Positions 1 through 9,711 of a stretch of 64,000 bases of DNA are shown one piece after another (position 1 is the stretch's first letter; each line of letters begins with the position of its first letter). The stretch is taken from positions 17,519 through 81,518 of the IMG/VR virus record IMGVR_UViG_3300025466_000023; one strand, given 5' to 3'. Origin of the DNA: a virus. Position numbers and translations under genes: made by a program. The notes beneath the pieces are model-generated. The model ran no database searches, was not told where the DNA came from, and saw nothing but the letters and a program-made list of their open reading frames with translations.

Positions 1-630
1 TGAACTTGTAATCGTAGTTGCTGTTAATTTTGTTGTAATAATATCAGGTGCAGTTAAAATTCCTTGAACACCTAAATTGGTTCCATCAAATGTAATGTTT
101 GTACCAGTTACCGTAGTTGTGTTGTAATATACAGCAAGAGTTCCTTTGGTTCCATTGCCTACGTTACCAGATCCACCGCCACCTGATCCTCCACCGCCGC
201 CTGCACCACTACCATTAAAGGTAATAGTGTTAGCAACAGGATCAGCTGTAATAGTTAAACCGCCTTGTCCAATAAAAGATAATGCACTAGTTGTTTGAGT
301 CAACGCAACTGATCCAACGTTAATCTGTTGGAATCCGGGAACAGCACTTAAAGTTCCATCAATCGCAATAGATAGGTTAGCACCAACTTTGATACCGCCA
401 AGTAGGTTAGATTGAGCCGGTTGTAGAACAAACATTTCCGGAATGTTTAATAGATCGCTGTATTGTCCACTGACTGCAACTGCTGATAAATTATTTTCGA
501 TTACAGTACGTAACGAACCTACAGTTATGTTGTGTGTTCCCTGGTCCGTTTGGTTAACAATCGGCAATAGGTCATTTGATGTGACTTTTGCACTCGCTAA
601 CGACGGTAATTGTGAAATCTTTACGCCCAT
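1..630 (-). CDS. Tail fibre-like protein (runs off the window start)
   Basis: Open frame from ATG at 630 to the window edge: MGVKISQLP..., LLGGIKVGANLSI repeat shared with the next gene, Gly-rich linker. Confidence 0.7.
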   Translation of the reverse strand, partial: MGVKISQLPSLASAKVTSNDLLPIVNQTDQGTHNITVGSLRTVIENNLSAVAVSGQYSDLLNIPEMFVLQPAQSNLLGGIKVGANLSIAIDGTLSAVPGFQQINVGSVALTQTTSALSFIGQGGLTITADPVANTITFNGSGAGGGGGSGGGGSGNVGNGTKGTLAVYYNTTTVTGTNITFDGTNLGVQGILTAPDIITTKLTATTITSS

Positions 631-656
631 CTTATTTTCCTAATAATTTAATTTTT

Positions 657-2381
657 TTACCAAGCACCAGGTACATCGGCTGGAGTGATTGGTATTCTAA
701 TCCATGTATTAATGTCAACGCACATATAGAAGTAACTGCCGTCCCATGTTACTTGTCCAGGTTGTCCAGGATTAGTACTAGACGAAACTGTTGAAGGTCC
801 TAAATTGCTAATAGTACCTCCTGTTGTTCCTTGTGCTAGGCTTAATATGCCGCCTGCTGTTATTGCCAATCCATTACCAACAATAACGGATCCTAATTTT
901 GTAGTTGTGGCTGTTGTTTGTGCAACTGCTGTAGATTGAACAGATCCGTCTGGGAACGTAATACTAGTACCTGCACCTGCAAGACGTAAATTGCCCTGCA
1001 TGGTCAATGCGCCAGTTTTGTTAACTAAGAACTTACTAGACCATCCTGTTAATGCTGTAGGACTATTATAAACACCTGCATCAAATAATGTAGTACCGTT
1101 GTTGCTGTCGCCTACGATACGTAAACTGAAGTTAATGGAGTCTGTGGCTAGGCCTGCATTCAAGAATTGATTAGTGCGTAGCACACTTGAATTATTACCG
1201 CCTTCAGTTACTATGGTATAAAGAACTTTGACTAGTCCGCTTCCTGGTGCAAGGACTAAATCATTTGTTCCTGTTGTTGAAATTTCATTTGCTGTGAATA
1301 CGGCGTTACCTGTTCCGCTTACATTGGCAGTCAGTAAGCCATCTGAAGTAACACTTAATCCAGAACCAACTTTAATAACGCCCAGGGTTGATGTTGTTGC
1401 TGGAGTTACCGCTGTTGTATTAACGCTAATCGTTCCATCTGCCGCGGCAAATATACCGTTGCCTAATTTTATTGTACCTAATGCTAGGTTAGTTGCTGTT
1501 GATGTTAGGCTAAATGCTGTACGTGGAATGTTTCCACCGATATCACTGTAGCTCAATACCACATCGCCAGTTCGTCCTGCAACACTTGTAACTTCCGCTG
1601 TAATACCATCAAACTTGTCCCAACTAGCTCCGTTGAATACAATTAAATCACCCACGTTCCAAATTGCAATGCCATCTATGTTTGTAGTTCCTGCTACAGA
1701 TACTTTATAGTATGTACCTTTTGTACCAACACCGCTGGCCAGTGCAGGAATATTTGAATTTGCGTTCCATGTACCGGAATAATTTAAACTACCTACTATG
1801 TTTGCACCTATTAAGCTAGCAGGAATATGTCCTGAACTATCTAAAGTTGCCACACCGTTTGGTTGTCCTAACAATGAACTATCTATAGGAGTATATGATA
1901 ATGCTCCGGTAACATCATTGCTGGTCAACGTAATGTTGCCTGTACGGCCATCGAAGCTTAATACACCCGAGTTACTTAATTTGTAGCTGATTGGATCAAT
2001 TGCCAATCCTGTTCCAACTTTAATACCGCCTAGAGTAGATGTAGTTGCAACAGGTAATGTATATGTTGGTGGAACGCTGATAACACCATTGCCATCTACT
2101 AAGATACCAGCACCAATCTTAACACCGCCTAATGTAACATTAGTTGCACTCAACAATGACGAATGCATTTCGTGTGTTGATGAATTATAATAGTAGGTAA
2201 CTCCGTAATGATCAGATGGGTTTAACCAAGCCGCGGCGGCTTGATCTGTAACAGTTTCGTTACCTAATTTTAATGCGGTATAAACTTCGGAGAACATAGA
2301 GTTTACTTTTGTAAACGCTGTTCTTAAGTTATCGCCGTTGCCTTGATTAGCAGAAGTTCCTGTGTTAATGTAAAGTAGCAT
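657..2381 (-). CDS. Tail fibre protein, 574 aa
   Basis: N-terminal INTGTSANQGNGDNLRTAFTKVN motif typical of T4-like fibre/baseplate proteins; repeated AT..TLG.IK.G.G units; VTSVAGRTGDV. Confidence 0.8.
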   Translation of the reverse strand: MLLYINTGTSANQGNGDNLRTAFTKVNSMFSEVYTALKLGNETVTDQAAAAWLNPSDHYGVTYYYNSSTHEMHSSLLSATNVTLGGVKIGAGILVDGNGVISVPPTYTLPVATTSTLGGIKVGTGLAIDPISYKLSNSGVLSFDGRTGNITLTSNDVTGALSYTPIDSSLLGQPNGVATLDSSGHIPASLIGANIVGSLNYSGTWNANSNIPALASGVGTKGTYYKVSVAGTTNIDGIAIWNVGDLIVFNGASWDKFDGITAEVTSVAGRTGDVVLSYSDIGGNIPRTAFSLTSTATNLALGTIKLGNGIFAAADGTISVNTTAVTPATTSTLGVIKVGSGLSVTSDGLLTANVSGTGNAVFTANEISTTGTNDLVLAPGSGLVKVLYTIVTEGGNNSSVLRTNQFLNAGLATDSINFSLRIVGDSNNGTTLFDAGVYNSPTALTGWSSKFLVNKTGALTMQGNLRLAGAGTSITFPDGSVQSTAVAQTTATTTKLGSVIVGNGLAITAGGILSLAQGTTGGTISNLGPSTVSSSTNPGQPGQVTWDGSYFYMCVDINTWIRIPITPADVPGAW

Positions 2382-2382
2382 A

Positions 2383-2892
2383 TTATTTTATTCCTGCCAA
2401 TGTTTTTAATGACGACAAACTATCGTCATCTTTATCTTTGGGCTCAGGAATCTGTCCTTCCTTATTTGGCCCTGCGATCTTTTCGTAATCTGTCATTGTT
2501 AGAACGCCATGACTTTTCATAGCCAAAATACGTTCAACAACCTTGTGTAATTCTACGTCTGTTTTTACGCCTTCTTTCATCAATTCGAATAGTCTAATTA
2601 GTAGAGGAATATCTAAACTAACATGATCCTGTGCATCTGGGCCTTCTTCTAATTTACGAGACTGAGCTTCTAGCTGTGCTTCTAGCATATCCTCTAGGCT
2701 TCTAGTTTCAACGATCTTTTTAGTTTCTGTGTCTATTTTTCCGCCAGTTTGCATGGGAATATCTAATGCTAGACTGCGCAGAAAGTGCATACCACGATCC
2801 ACTTGCTCCTGCGGAATGGGCACAGCACGAGCCTGCTTAATGGCTTTTGGGTCTGTTGAGACTTCGTTTAGTTTGGTCTTTGGGCGATTCAT
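2383..2892 (-). CDS. Hypothetical, probable head-associated protein
   Basis: 169-aa ORF, TAAATA 6 nt upstream of the ATG, ends LKTLAGIK. Confidence 0.5.
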   Translation of the reverse strand: MNRPKTKLNEVSTDPKAIKQARAVPIPQEQVDRGMHFLRSLALDIPMQTGGKIDTETKKIVETRSLEDMLEAQLEAQSRKLEEGPDAQDHVSLDIPLLIRLFELMKEGVKTDVELHKVVERILAMKSHGVLTMTDYEKIAGPNKEGQIPEPKDKDDDSLSSLKTLAGIK

Positions 2893-2981
2893 ACAAGGTA
2901 TTTATTGCTTTGAGCTCTTGATTTTATCAAGCTGTGATGTTATACTAATGGTTGTTTTAAACCCTAATAAATATTGATATC

Positions 2982-3497
2982 ATGTCCGATACTCTAGTCT
3001 TAAACGCAGACGGAGGACCAATCAGTTTGCTTCCATTAAGCGTAATCAACTGGCAAGAAGCCATCCGTTACATGGTCTTAGAAAAGGCCGATGTACTGGA
3101 ATGGCACGACGATTGGATCGTGCGCTCAGCTCGCTGGGAAACTCGTGTTCCATCGGTGATTATTATCCGCGAGTATATGAAAAAGAAGACAAACATTCGC
3201 TATTCTAAGCAAAATGTGTTTCTTCGTGACGGATATAGATGTCAATACTGCGGTGCTGACGTTAATAGACGCTCTGCTACCCTAGATCACGTACAACCCG
3301 TGAGCAAGGGCGGAAAATCAGTGTGGGAAAACTCTGTGACTGCTTGCGGACCATGCAACAGTCGTAAGGGACACGATAGCAAGATGAAGCCTAAAGTTAA
3401 GGCTTACAGGCCAACGTATTGGGAATTAGTTGAAAAACGCAAGAAATTGCCGTTTGATTTGAGACACCCAAATTGGGCAAATTATATCAGCTATTAA
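2982..3497 (+). CDS. HNH endonuclease
   Basis: [10 protein letters not shown]...[12 protein letters not shown]...[16 protein letters not shown]. Confidence 0.9.
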   Translation: MSDTLVLNADGGPISLLPLSVINWQEAIRYMVLEKADVLEWHDDWIVRSARWETRVPSVIIIREYMKKKTNIRYSKQNVFLRDGYRCQYCGADVNRRSATLDHVQPVSKGGKSVWENSVTACGPCNSRKGHDSKMKPKVKAYRPTYWELVEKRKKLPFDLRHPNWANYISY

Positions 3498-3709
3498 CCT
3501 CTATAAACTATACGGCCTTTAGTTAGGTCGTATGGGCTAACTTCTATTTTGACTCGATCGCCAAGTAGGATCTGTATCCTATTTTGGCGCATCTTTCCAG
3601 ATATATGGCCAAGTAGTTTGTAACCGTCTGTGGTTATAATACGAAACATAGCATTTGGTAATACTTCTTCTACGATTCCTTCCAATCGTATGACATCTTC
3701 TTTTGACAC
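3494..3709 (-). CDS. infA: Translation initiation factor IF-1
   Basis: [20 protein letters not shown]...[33 protein letters not shown]; GTG start with GGAG SD. Confidence 0.95.
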   Translation of the reverse strand: MSKEDVIRLEGIVEEVLPNAMFRIITTDGYKLLGHISGKMRQNRIQILLGDRVKIEVSPYDLTKGRIVYRG

Positions 3710-3726
3710 TTTAGTTCTTTTCTCCG

Positions 3727-4284
3727 TTATGTTGCACTAAAATTAGTAGAAAGTACGATTCTTTGTTTCCCAGCCGGTTTAGGTTCCGAACTGTGAATTA
3801 AAAATCCTGGCATTACTACCATCATGCCGGTGACTGGTGTAATAGGGATACTTGCTCTGCAATTTCCAAATCTACGCTTGTCATCAATGTTTTTCCAACT
3901 GTATGCAATCAAAGGATCTTGAATCAACAAATCGCCACCATCCTCGTCTATATATAGATACAGTATACCAATCATAAATGAAGACCCGTGATGATGCGGA
4001 GCAATGTATTCACCATCTTTATATCTATTAATCCACGCTCTTTCTAAATTAAGGGTAGATCTAGTATTTGAGTTTTGAGACATAAGCTCGTTGCCCATAC
4101 TTAAAAACTTTTCCTTTAATGTCTGAAAGGTTGGATCACCTAAAGTTTCGTCCCAAAGATTAAACTCATCAACGTTATCTCTTTTTTTAACTGATCTTAG
4201 TTTTACAATTAATTCTGCGATAGAATCTAAAGGAAAATGATCTATTAAAGCATCGACTTTGGTAATATTAACTAACTGTCCCAC
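3727..4284 (-). CDS. Putative 2OG-Fe(II) oxygenase (TIGR02466-like)
   Basis: AWIN...PHHH...GDLLIQDP...PGFLIH...RIVLSTN. Confidence 0.75.
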   Translation of the reverse strand: MGQLVNITKVDALIDHFPLDSIAELIVKLRSVKKRDNVDEFNLWDETLGDPTFQTLKEKFLSMGNELMSQNSNTRSTLNLERAWINRYKDGEYIAPHHHGSSFMIGILYLYIDEDGGDLLIQDPLIAYSWKNIDDKRRFGNCRASIPITPVTGMMVVMPGFLIHSSEPKPAGKQRIVLSTNFSAT

Positions 4285-4285
4285 G

Positions 4286-4528
4286 TTAAATCTTTTCCCC
4301 TTTTAAGCCTTTAACTACTAGATCTTTAGCTCTTTGGTCAAGCTCTGCTTCTTCAGCTTCTAGCATTTTAATAGCCATTAATGACATGTATTCGGCCAGG
4401 GCTTCTTTACCTTCTTCAGTCCAGCGGCTATAATGAGAACTGACTGAACTGTAGTAATAGAACTTACGATTCCGCATAAGTTCTTGTACGCCGCCAAACA
4501 TCAGTTCTTTTATAGCATCTTTATCCAT
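4286..4528 (-). CDS. Hypothetical protein, ~80 aa (start re-assigned to ATG 4528)
   Basis: ATG one base after the ligase stop; the longer track ORF overlaps the ligase. Confidence 0.6.
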   Translation of the reverse strand: MDKDAIKELMFGGVQELMRNRKFYYYSSVSSHYSRWTEEGKEALAEYMSLMAIKMLEAEEAELDQRAKDLVVKGLKGEKI

Positions 4529-4529
4529 T

Positions 4530-5819
4530 TTAGATTTTTTCACCTTTTGCGAAACCACGGAATCGAAGGAACCTAGGAAACCGTAGCGAGTATATGTCTT
4601 CACTGTCTTGATTCCTAGTTGCCGCATCTGCTCGGACTTCGACCACCTGTCCAACAACAGTATCTTTGTTAATCCATATATCATCTCGGAGATCGTCAGT
4701 GAAGCCCGATCCAACATTGACTTTAATTGCTTTACCATCATCAATACCTTCGCAAATTAATGCTCCCAGTTTGCCTTCGTTTTTACCTGTACCTTCTTCT
4801 ACTGCCGTAACAGTTAAGCTAACTTCGATAAACGGCTTTTGTTTGAGCCAGCTGACGCTACGTTTGCACTCATATACAGCATTAGGATCCTTGATCATAA
4901 TACCTTCATAACCTGCTTCGATTGCGTCTTTATTGAACTGTTTGAACTGTAATTCACCTACAAATTCGTCAAGATTGACTTCTGTTTGAGGGATAATATC
5001 TATATTGCCGCATTTGTCAAAGAAAGGCTTAAATGTCTTTAATAGCGCACTACGACGCTTTTGTCCCATAATGCTTTTGCCTTTTTGGAATTCACTTAAA
5101 GGAAGCACATCGAATACCATTAGACGTGCATCAGTTGCCTGCACATCATCTTTACGATGCACCTGCTTCATTAAAGTTTGGAATGAACTAGATACTACTT
5201 CACCGTCGAAAACAAAACTTCGACCAAAGTCATCGATATTGGCTAAAAGTGCATCTGCGATATGACTAAAGTTCTCTAACACTTTGCCATTACGAGTGTA
5301 TTGAACAACTGTTTTAGTTTCATAATTTAGAATCGTAATACAGCGAACACCGTCGAGTTTTGGTTCGAGCAGTTTGGTTCCTATAATTTTCTTTTCGTGA
5401 TTGGCACCATCGTGTGCTAACATACATTCAAAAACAGGAATAGCGTTCTTAACAATCTTATTGATAGTCTTTTCGCTTACACCGCAACGCAAATCTTTAA
5501 TAAGAATGCGGCGATACCAATCATTCCATTGTGCATTTGTACTTGCACTTAGAGCTAACTCAATTGCATTACGAGCATCGTCACCTGTTAATTGTCGAGT
5601 AGCTAACAAATTACATAGTTCTTTGAAAGCGCCCCAAGGAAGACCTTGTCCATCAGGACCGCTAAACTTAGGAACTTTCTTAACTCCGTAAGTGATATAG
5701 GGGCTAAGGGCCATATGAAACCCTTCTAATAATTCTACGTTATCTTTCTCACGTTCAATGATCGCTTCTTTGGCGAGACGTGAATTATCTGCTTCTAGCT
5801 CTTGAATTATTTGATACAT
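4530..5819 (-). CDS. ATP-dependent DNA ligase
   Basis: EPKLDGVR motif I, FDGE, EGIMIK, WLKQK, VGSGF, SLRFPRF. Confidence 0.95.
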   Translation of the reverse strand: MYQIIQELEADNSRLAKEAIIEREKDNVELLEGFHMALSPYITYGVKKVPKFSGPDGQGLPWGAFKELCNLLATRQLTGDDARNAIELALSASTNAQWNDWYRRILIKDLRCGVSEKTINKIVKNAIPVFECMLAHDGANHEKKIIGTKLLEPKLDGVRCITILNYETKTVVQYTRNGKVLENFSHIADALLANIDDFGRSFVFDGEVVSSSFQTLMKQVHRKDDVQATDARLMVFDVLPLSEFQKGKSIMGQKRRSALLKTFKPFFDKCGNIDIIPQTEVNLDEFVGELQFKQFNKDAIEAGYEGIMIKDPNAVYECKRSVSWLKQKPFIEVSLTVTAVEEGTGKNEGKLGALICEGIDDGKAIKVNVGSGFTDDLRDDIWINKDTVVGQVVEVRADAATRNQDSEDIYSLRFPRFLRFRGFAKGEKI

Positions 5820-5848
5820 GGAATACCTTTCTAATTGAACATAACAAT

Positions 5849-5877
5849 ATTATAGCAGATTTTTACCAATCTGTCAA
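5849..5877 (-). promoter_or_regulatory. Sigma70-type promoter for the ligase operon
   Basis: TTGACA-N17-TATAAT on the minus strand. Confidence 0.8.
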
Positions 5878-6111
5878 GACCTGTATGTTTACTTGGGTAT
5901 CTTTTGCATTAGTTAGGCGCACTTTTCCGCTAACTTTGGTAGCGTAAGTCATTGTAAATGTTGATCTTATTGCGCCTTTATCCGTTAACCAATGTAGAAA
6001 TACTTTGGAATCTGGATTTGGGACTAGGATTGCGGCTTCTCCAAAATCGTAATCTACTACACTACGGCCGCCTAGCTGTATTGGTTTGGTGTTTAGCTGT
6101 TTGTATAGCAT
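5863..6111 (-). CDS. Hypothetical protein (likely start ATG 6111)
   Basis: Follows the erpA stop by one base; no motif recognised. Confidence 0.5.
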   Translation of the reverse strand: MLYKQLNTKPIQLGGRSVVDYDFGEAAILVPNPDSKVFLHWLTDKGAIRSTFTMTYATKVSGKVRLTNAKDTQVNIQVLTDW

Positions 6112-6112
6112 C

Positions 6113-6442
6113 TTACACGGAGAATGAACTACCACATCCACAAGTTGTTTGGGCATTGGGATTTTGGATTACAAACTGACTGCCGCGAATATCTTCTTTA
6201 TAGTCTAATGTTGCTCCAACAAGATATTGATGGCTCATAGAATCTATTAGAACAGTAATAGAACCTTTTGTGATTTCAAAATCATCTTCGTTTACTTCGC
6301 TGTCAAAAGTAAAGCCATATTGAAATCCTGAGCAACCGCCGCCCTGCACAAAACATCGAAGTTTTAAATTAGGATCATTTTCTTCTGCCAACAGATCGGC
6401 TATTTTATCTATACACGATTGAGTTACTGTTATTTGTTCCAT
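6113..6442 (-). CDS. erpA: A-type Fe-S carrier ErpA
   Basis: [20 protein letters not shown]...[21 protein letters not shown]. Confidence 0.9.
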   Translation of the reverse strand: MEQITVTQSCIDKIADLLAEENDPNLKLRCFVQGGGCSGFQYGFTFDSEVNEDDFEITKGSITVLIDSMSHQYLVGATLDYKEDIRGSQFVIQNPNAQTTCGCGSSFSV

Positions 6443-7035
6443 TATATTTTTATTACTAAAGATTCATCCCAACCAACTTTTGCAACTTTTTCATATTCTA
6501 AATTCCAACTTATTGCAAGTCTAAGCCGTTGTTGATCTTTATTCGTATTTATGGGCAAAACCATATGCATCAAATAACCTGGGAATAGAACTGCATGCAT
6601 TTTTTGAGGAGTGTAATAAAAATCCGTGCAATTTCCATGCACTTCTCCTCTGTAATCCGTTACTGTACCTCTATAAAAATCTTGGGAACCCCTTGGATCT
6701 ATAAAACATATATCGCCCCCACCTTCAGTTACGTAGAATGTTCCGACCATCCATGCTCCTGGATGACAATGATTAGGTATAAAATGAGTAGGCTCGGATA
6801 TAACTCTTGCCCACGCTCTATTAAACACTATATAACCATCTGTGTATCCAACTGATATAGCATATTCTCTAGCAGAAGATAATATTCTTCTTAAAAATAT
6901 TTGACTTTCATTAGAAGTCAAAGCCATCGGATCTAAATTAACTTTCATCAATTGGTAAGACATTTCTACTATAACAGTTTCTATGTCAGCCCAATCGTCG
7001 ATCCAAATATCTGTAGGGAAAAGGGTTTTTTTCAA
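6442..7035 (-). CDS. Putative 2OG-Fe(II) oxygenase (TIGR02466-like)
   Basis: RAWA...PNHCHPG...[10 protein letters not shown]...FPGYLMHMV...RLAISWN. Confidence 0.75.
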   Translation of the reverse strand: MKKTLFPTDIWIDDWADIETVIVEMSYQLMKVNLDPMALTSNESQIFLRRILSSAREYAISVGYTDGYIVFNRAWARVISEPTHFIPNHCHPGAWMVGTFYVTEGGGDICFIDPRGSQDFYRGTVTDYRGEVHGNCTDFYYTPQKMHAVLFPGYLMHMVLPINTNKDQQRLRLAISWNLEYEKVAKVGWDESLVIKI

Positions 7036-7412
7036 TTATTTTTGTTTTTATAATCTGCTACTGCGGCTTTGATTGCGTCCTCTGCGAGGATTGAGCAGTG
7101 GATTTTAACAGGTGGAAGAGCCAGCTCTTCGGCGATGTCACTGTTTTTAAGAAGTCCCGCTTGGTCGATGTGCATTCCTTTGATCCATTCAGTAACCAAT
7201 GAGCTGGAGGCAATTGCTGATCCGCATCCATAAGTCTTGAATCGTGCATCTTCTATAATTCCTTCTTTGTTTACTTTGATCTGTAATTTCATTACATCGC
7301 CACAAGCAGGTGCTCCTACCATTCCTGTGCCAACTCCCTCTTCGTCTTTAGGGAATGAACCCACGTTGCGTGGGTTTTCGTAATGATCAATTACCTTGTC
7401 TGAATAAGCCAT
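7032..7412 (-). CDS. iscU: Fe-S scaffold IscU
   Basis: MAYSDKVIDHYENPRNVG...GAPACGDVMKLQIKV...FKTYGCGSAIASSS...LPPVKIHCSILAEDAIKAA. Confidence 0.97.
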   Translation of the reverse strand: MAYSDKVIDHYENPRNVGSFPKDEEGVGTGMVGAPACGDVMKLQIKVNKEGIIEDARFKTYGCGSAIASSSLVTEWIKGMHIDQAGLLKNSDIAEELALPPVKIHCSILAEDAIKAAVADYKNKNN

Positions 7413-7413
7413 A

Positions 7414-7731
7414 TTAGTTTGGTACTAGTACAGTTTTGTAACAATTACAACTAGCATCAAGGATAGCTTCCCAATGATAGCCCGCAGGCTGTGGCATCAC
7501 CGGAGCGGCTGGGGGAGGATAAACAGGCTGTGGTTGTACGTAAACAACGTTTGGCTGGACCGGACGAGCTATCTCGTATCCAATTACACCTCCGATTACA
7601 GTAGGCACTACCCACCCATAATTTGGACGATAAACATAGTGTCCGCCACCGTGGTGCCAACCTTCAGCATATGATGTCATGCACATGCTTAACCCTGCAG
7701 ATAAAATAATTGGTAACAATAGTTTTTTCAT
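7414..7731 (-). CDS. Secreted Pro-rich small protein
   Basis: Signal-peptide-like N-terminus, GWHHGGGH, Pro/Val/Tyr-rich, C-terminal CNC. Confidence 0.65.
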   Translation of the reverse strand: MKKLLLPIILSAGLSMCMTSYAEGWHHGGGHYVYRPNYGWVVPTVIGGVIGYEIARPVQPNVVYVQPQPVYPPPAAPVMPQPAGYHWEAILDASCNCYKTVLVPN

Positions 7732-7792
7732 AATAAGTACTCCTTCGTACTAATATAACGTTTGAACAACTCAAATAGTTGACTTGCATCAG

Positions 7793-7807
7793 TATTTATA
7801 TTAAATA
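7793..7807. promoter_or_regulatory. Back-to-back T4-type late promoters
   Basis: TATAAATA on minus (7793-7800) abutting TTAAATA on plus (7801-7807). Confidence 0.65.
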
Positions 7808-7812
7808 ATAGC

Positions 7813-8139
7813 ATGATTACACTAACAGAGCAAGCCCAAAAGAAAGTTTTATCGCTATTATCACAACGTGGTAAGGGGGCAGGTATCCGTTTAGGAGTTA
7901 AAACAACCGGTTGCTCTGGACTAGCTTATGTGTTAGAATATGTAGACGAGTACACTCCGGAAACAGGTGTTACCAACTTTGCCCATAACGAGTTTTGTGT
8001 GTTAGTTGACCACAAGAGCCTAGCTTATATGGACGGAATGGTTGTAGATTGGGTTCGCAACGGACTCAACGAGGGTTTTGAATTCCAAAACCCCAATGAA
8101 CGTGACAAGTGTGGTTGCGGAGAAAGTTTTAGAGTCTAA
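7813..8139 (+). CDS. iscA: A-type Fe-S carrier IscA
   Basis: RGKGAGIRLGVKTTGCSGLAYVLEYVD...GLNEGFEFQNPNERDKCGCGESFRV. Confidence 0.95.
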   Translation: MITLTEQAQKKVLSLLSQRGKGAGIRLGVKTTGCSGLAYVLEYVDEYTPETGVTNFAHNEFCVLVDHKSLAYMDGMVVDWVRNGLNEGFEFQNPNERDKCGCGESFRV

Positions 8140-8942
8140 CTATCGAACGTGTACCACTCGTACAAATTCATTTCGTTTTTACCAATCTTAGTAAATCTAT
8201 TTTTGAATCCATCAATTAGCTCTTTATTGATTTTATAGATTTCTTCTTTGGCCTCAGTGTCCGGGATAAAGTTTTCTATAGAGATTTTAATATTACCATC
8301 TAGTGAATGTAATGCTATTGCTACTCTGTGCGTATCGACATCTTGTGTTCGATGTATTATATCGCCCCTGCATAACAATAGATCTCCTGCTTTGATTTTA
8401 GGAGAGATTTTAATATCTTCAATATTGACATTTAGATACCATTCTTGATTGATATCATCTTCTATTACTTTTGTACGATTTCCCTCTGGAAAGAAACGTG
8501 TAGCTCCTTTACCTTTAAGTCTTTCGGCGCCAGCAGAATCATATTCAGCCAAGGTCTTATAACTTAAAACACTCAGTCCAGATTTTTCAACGTCGGGTTT
8601 GACAATAGGGATATAAAATTTTAATACACTATTATGATTCTTAAAGAATAGATAAGTTCCGTGATCCTGATGCCAATCTAAGTTCATCATAGTAGTATCT
8701 GAAAACAACCCGCCCGGAACAATCGTATCTGTATAAACAGGAGATTGCTTGATAATATCTCTTAACTTTGGCTCAAGTTGTTTGACTACAAATTCTGGAA
8801 CATCGTGAAATACTACCGTATCTGGACTTAAAGTAAGGGTAGACTTGCTTTTCATGTATTCTTTGATCAAAAAGATCAAATCATGTGTATTAAAAAAATC
8901 TGGGATAACAACAAATCCATGTTCTGTCAGTTCATTATACAT
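8136..8942 (-). CDS. PhyH-like Fe(II)/2OG dioxygenase
   Basis: HGFVVIPDFF, WHQDH, GDLLL..GDIIHRT...RVA. Confidence 0.7.
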   Translation of the reverse strand: MYNELTEHGFVVIPDFFNTHDLIFLIKEYMKSKSTLTLSPDTVVFHDVPEFVVKQLEPKLRDIIKQSPVYTDTIVPGGLFSDTTMMNLDWHQDHGTYLFFKNHNSVLKFYIPIVKPDVEKSGLSVLSYKTLAEYDSAGAERLKGKGATRFFPEGNRTKVIEDDINQEWYLNVNIEDIKISPKIKAGDLLLCRGDIIHRTQDVDTHRVAIALHSLDGNIKISIENFIPDTEAKEEIYKINKELIDGFKNRFTKIGKNEMNLYEWYTFDS

Positions 8943-8943
8943 A

Positions 8944-9711
8944 TCAGTCTCTTGTTAATATTTTTTCTTCAACCTTATCCCAAAAAGCTATTCTAGATTT
9001 TATAGCTGTAATTGCGGTATGTTCTGCTTCAATTATTTTTAAAGGATGATTCTCGCATAGTTCTTCTACTAAGTTGATAGAAGCTGGCCCGTGACTATCT
9101 CCATCTACTTCAATGTGTCTTTCTAGATAAAATGCAAATCGACTAGCTTCTATAGAATTAAGATCTAACTGAGCAATTAATCTTTGAAACATAGCAGGTA
9201 TTACTGTTTCTCTACCGTAAGTAAAGGCCGCCGCTATTTCGTGTACCTTTCCTCTTTGTATGATATCAAAAGTAGTCCTCATAAATTCTTGACTAGGGTC
9301 CGGAATAAAAGAATCTATCAAAGCAAAATCTATTCCTTCTTTTTCAACAGATTCTAAAAATTTCATTATGGGTCTAGTATCAGCGCCAATTTCTGCCATT
9401 GTTTGGCAGTATAGGTCAAAGTGACTAATGTGAGAATTACGAAAAGGATCTATATCGCTTTCTTCTGATAATATTATTTCGTTAATCAACCTGCCTAGTT
9501 TACGTTGTCTTGCTGAAGGTAACCACAGATCTCCGCTAGGACATATACGATGCTGTAGTGCCTTAGCCAAGCTCATAAAATCCCAAACGGCAAACACATG
9601 ATGCTCCATAAAGATTTTAAGGTCGTCGATAGACTGTATGGTATTAGTAACCAATAGAGAATGGTTTTCTAATAGGTGTTTATGCTGGTTGACTTTGGAT
9701 ATCTTTAGCAT
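8944..9711 (-). CDS. DUF3050 family protein (heme-oxygenase-like fold, putative diiron enzyme)
   Basis: FMEHHVFAVWDFMSL.K.LQ, RLINEI.L.EESD, SHFDLY, FTYGRE.VIP, YLERHIEVDGDSHGP. Confidence 0.85.
   Translation of the reverse strand: MLKISKVNQHKHLLENHSLLVTNTIQSIDDLKIFMEHHVFAVWDFMSLAKALQHRICPSGDLWLPSARQRKLGRLINEIILSEESDIDPFRNSHISHFDLYCQTMAEIGADTRPIMKFLESVEKEGIDFALIDSFIPDPSQEFMRTTFDIIQRGKVHEIAAAFTYGRETVIPAMFQRLIAQLDLNSIEASRFAFYLERHIEVDGDSHGPASINLVEELCENHPLKIIEAEHTAITAIKSRIAFWDKVEEKILTRD

Noticed and set aside
160-212. CCACCG-type repeat
   Set aside because: Encodes a GSGAGGGGGSGGGGSG linker in the fibre protein.
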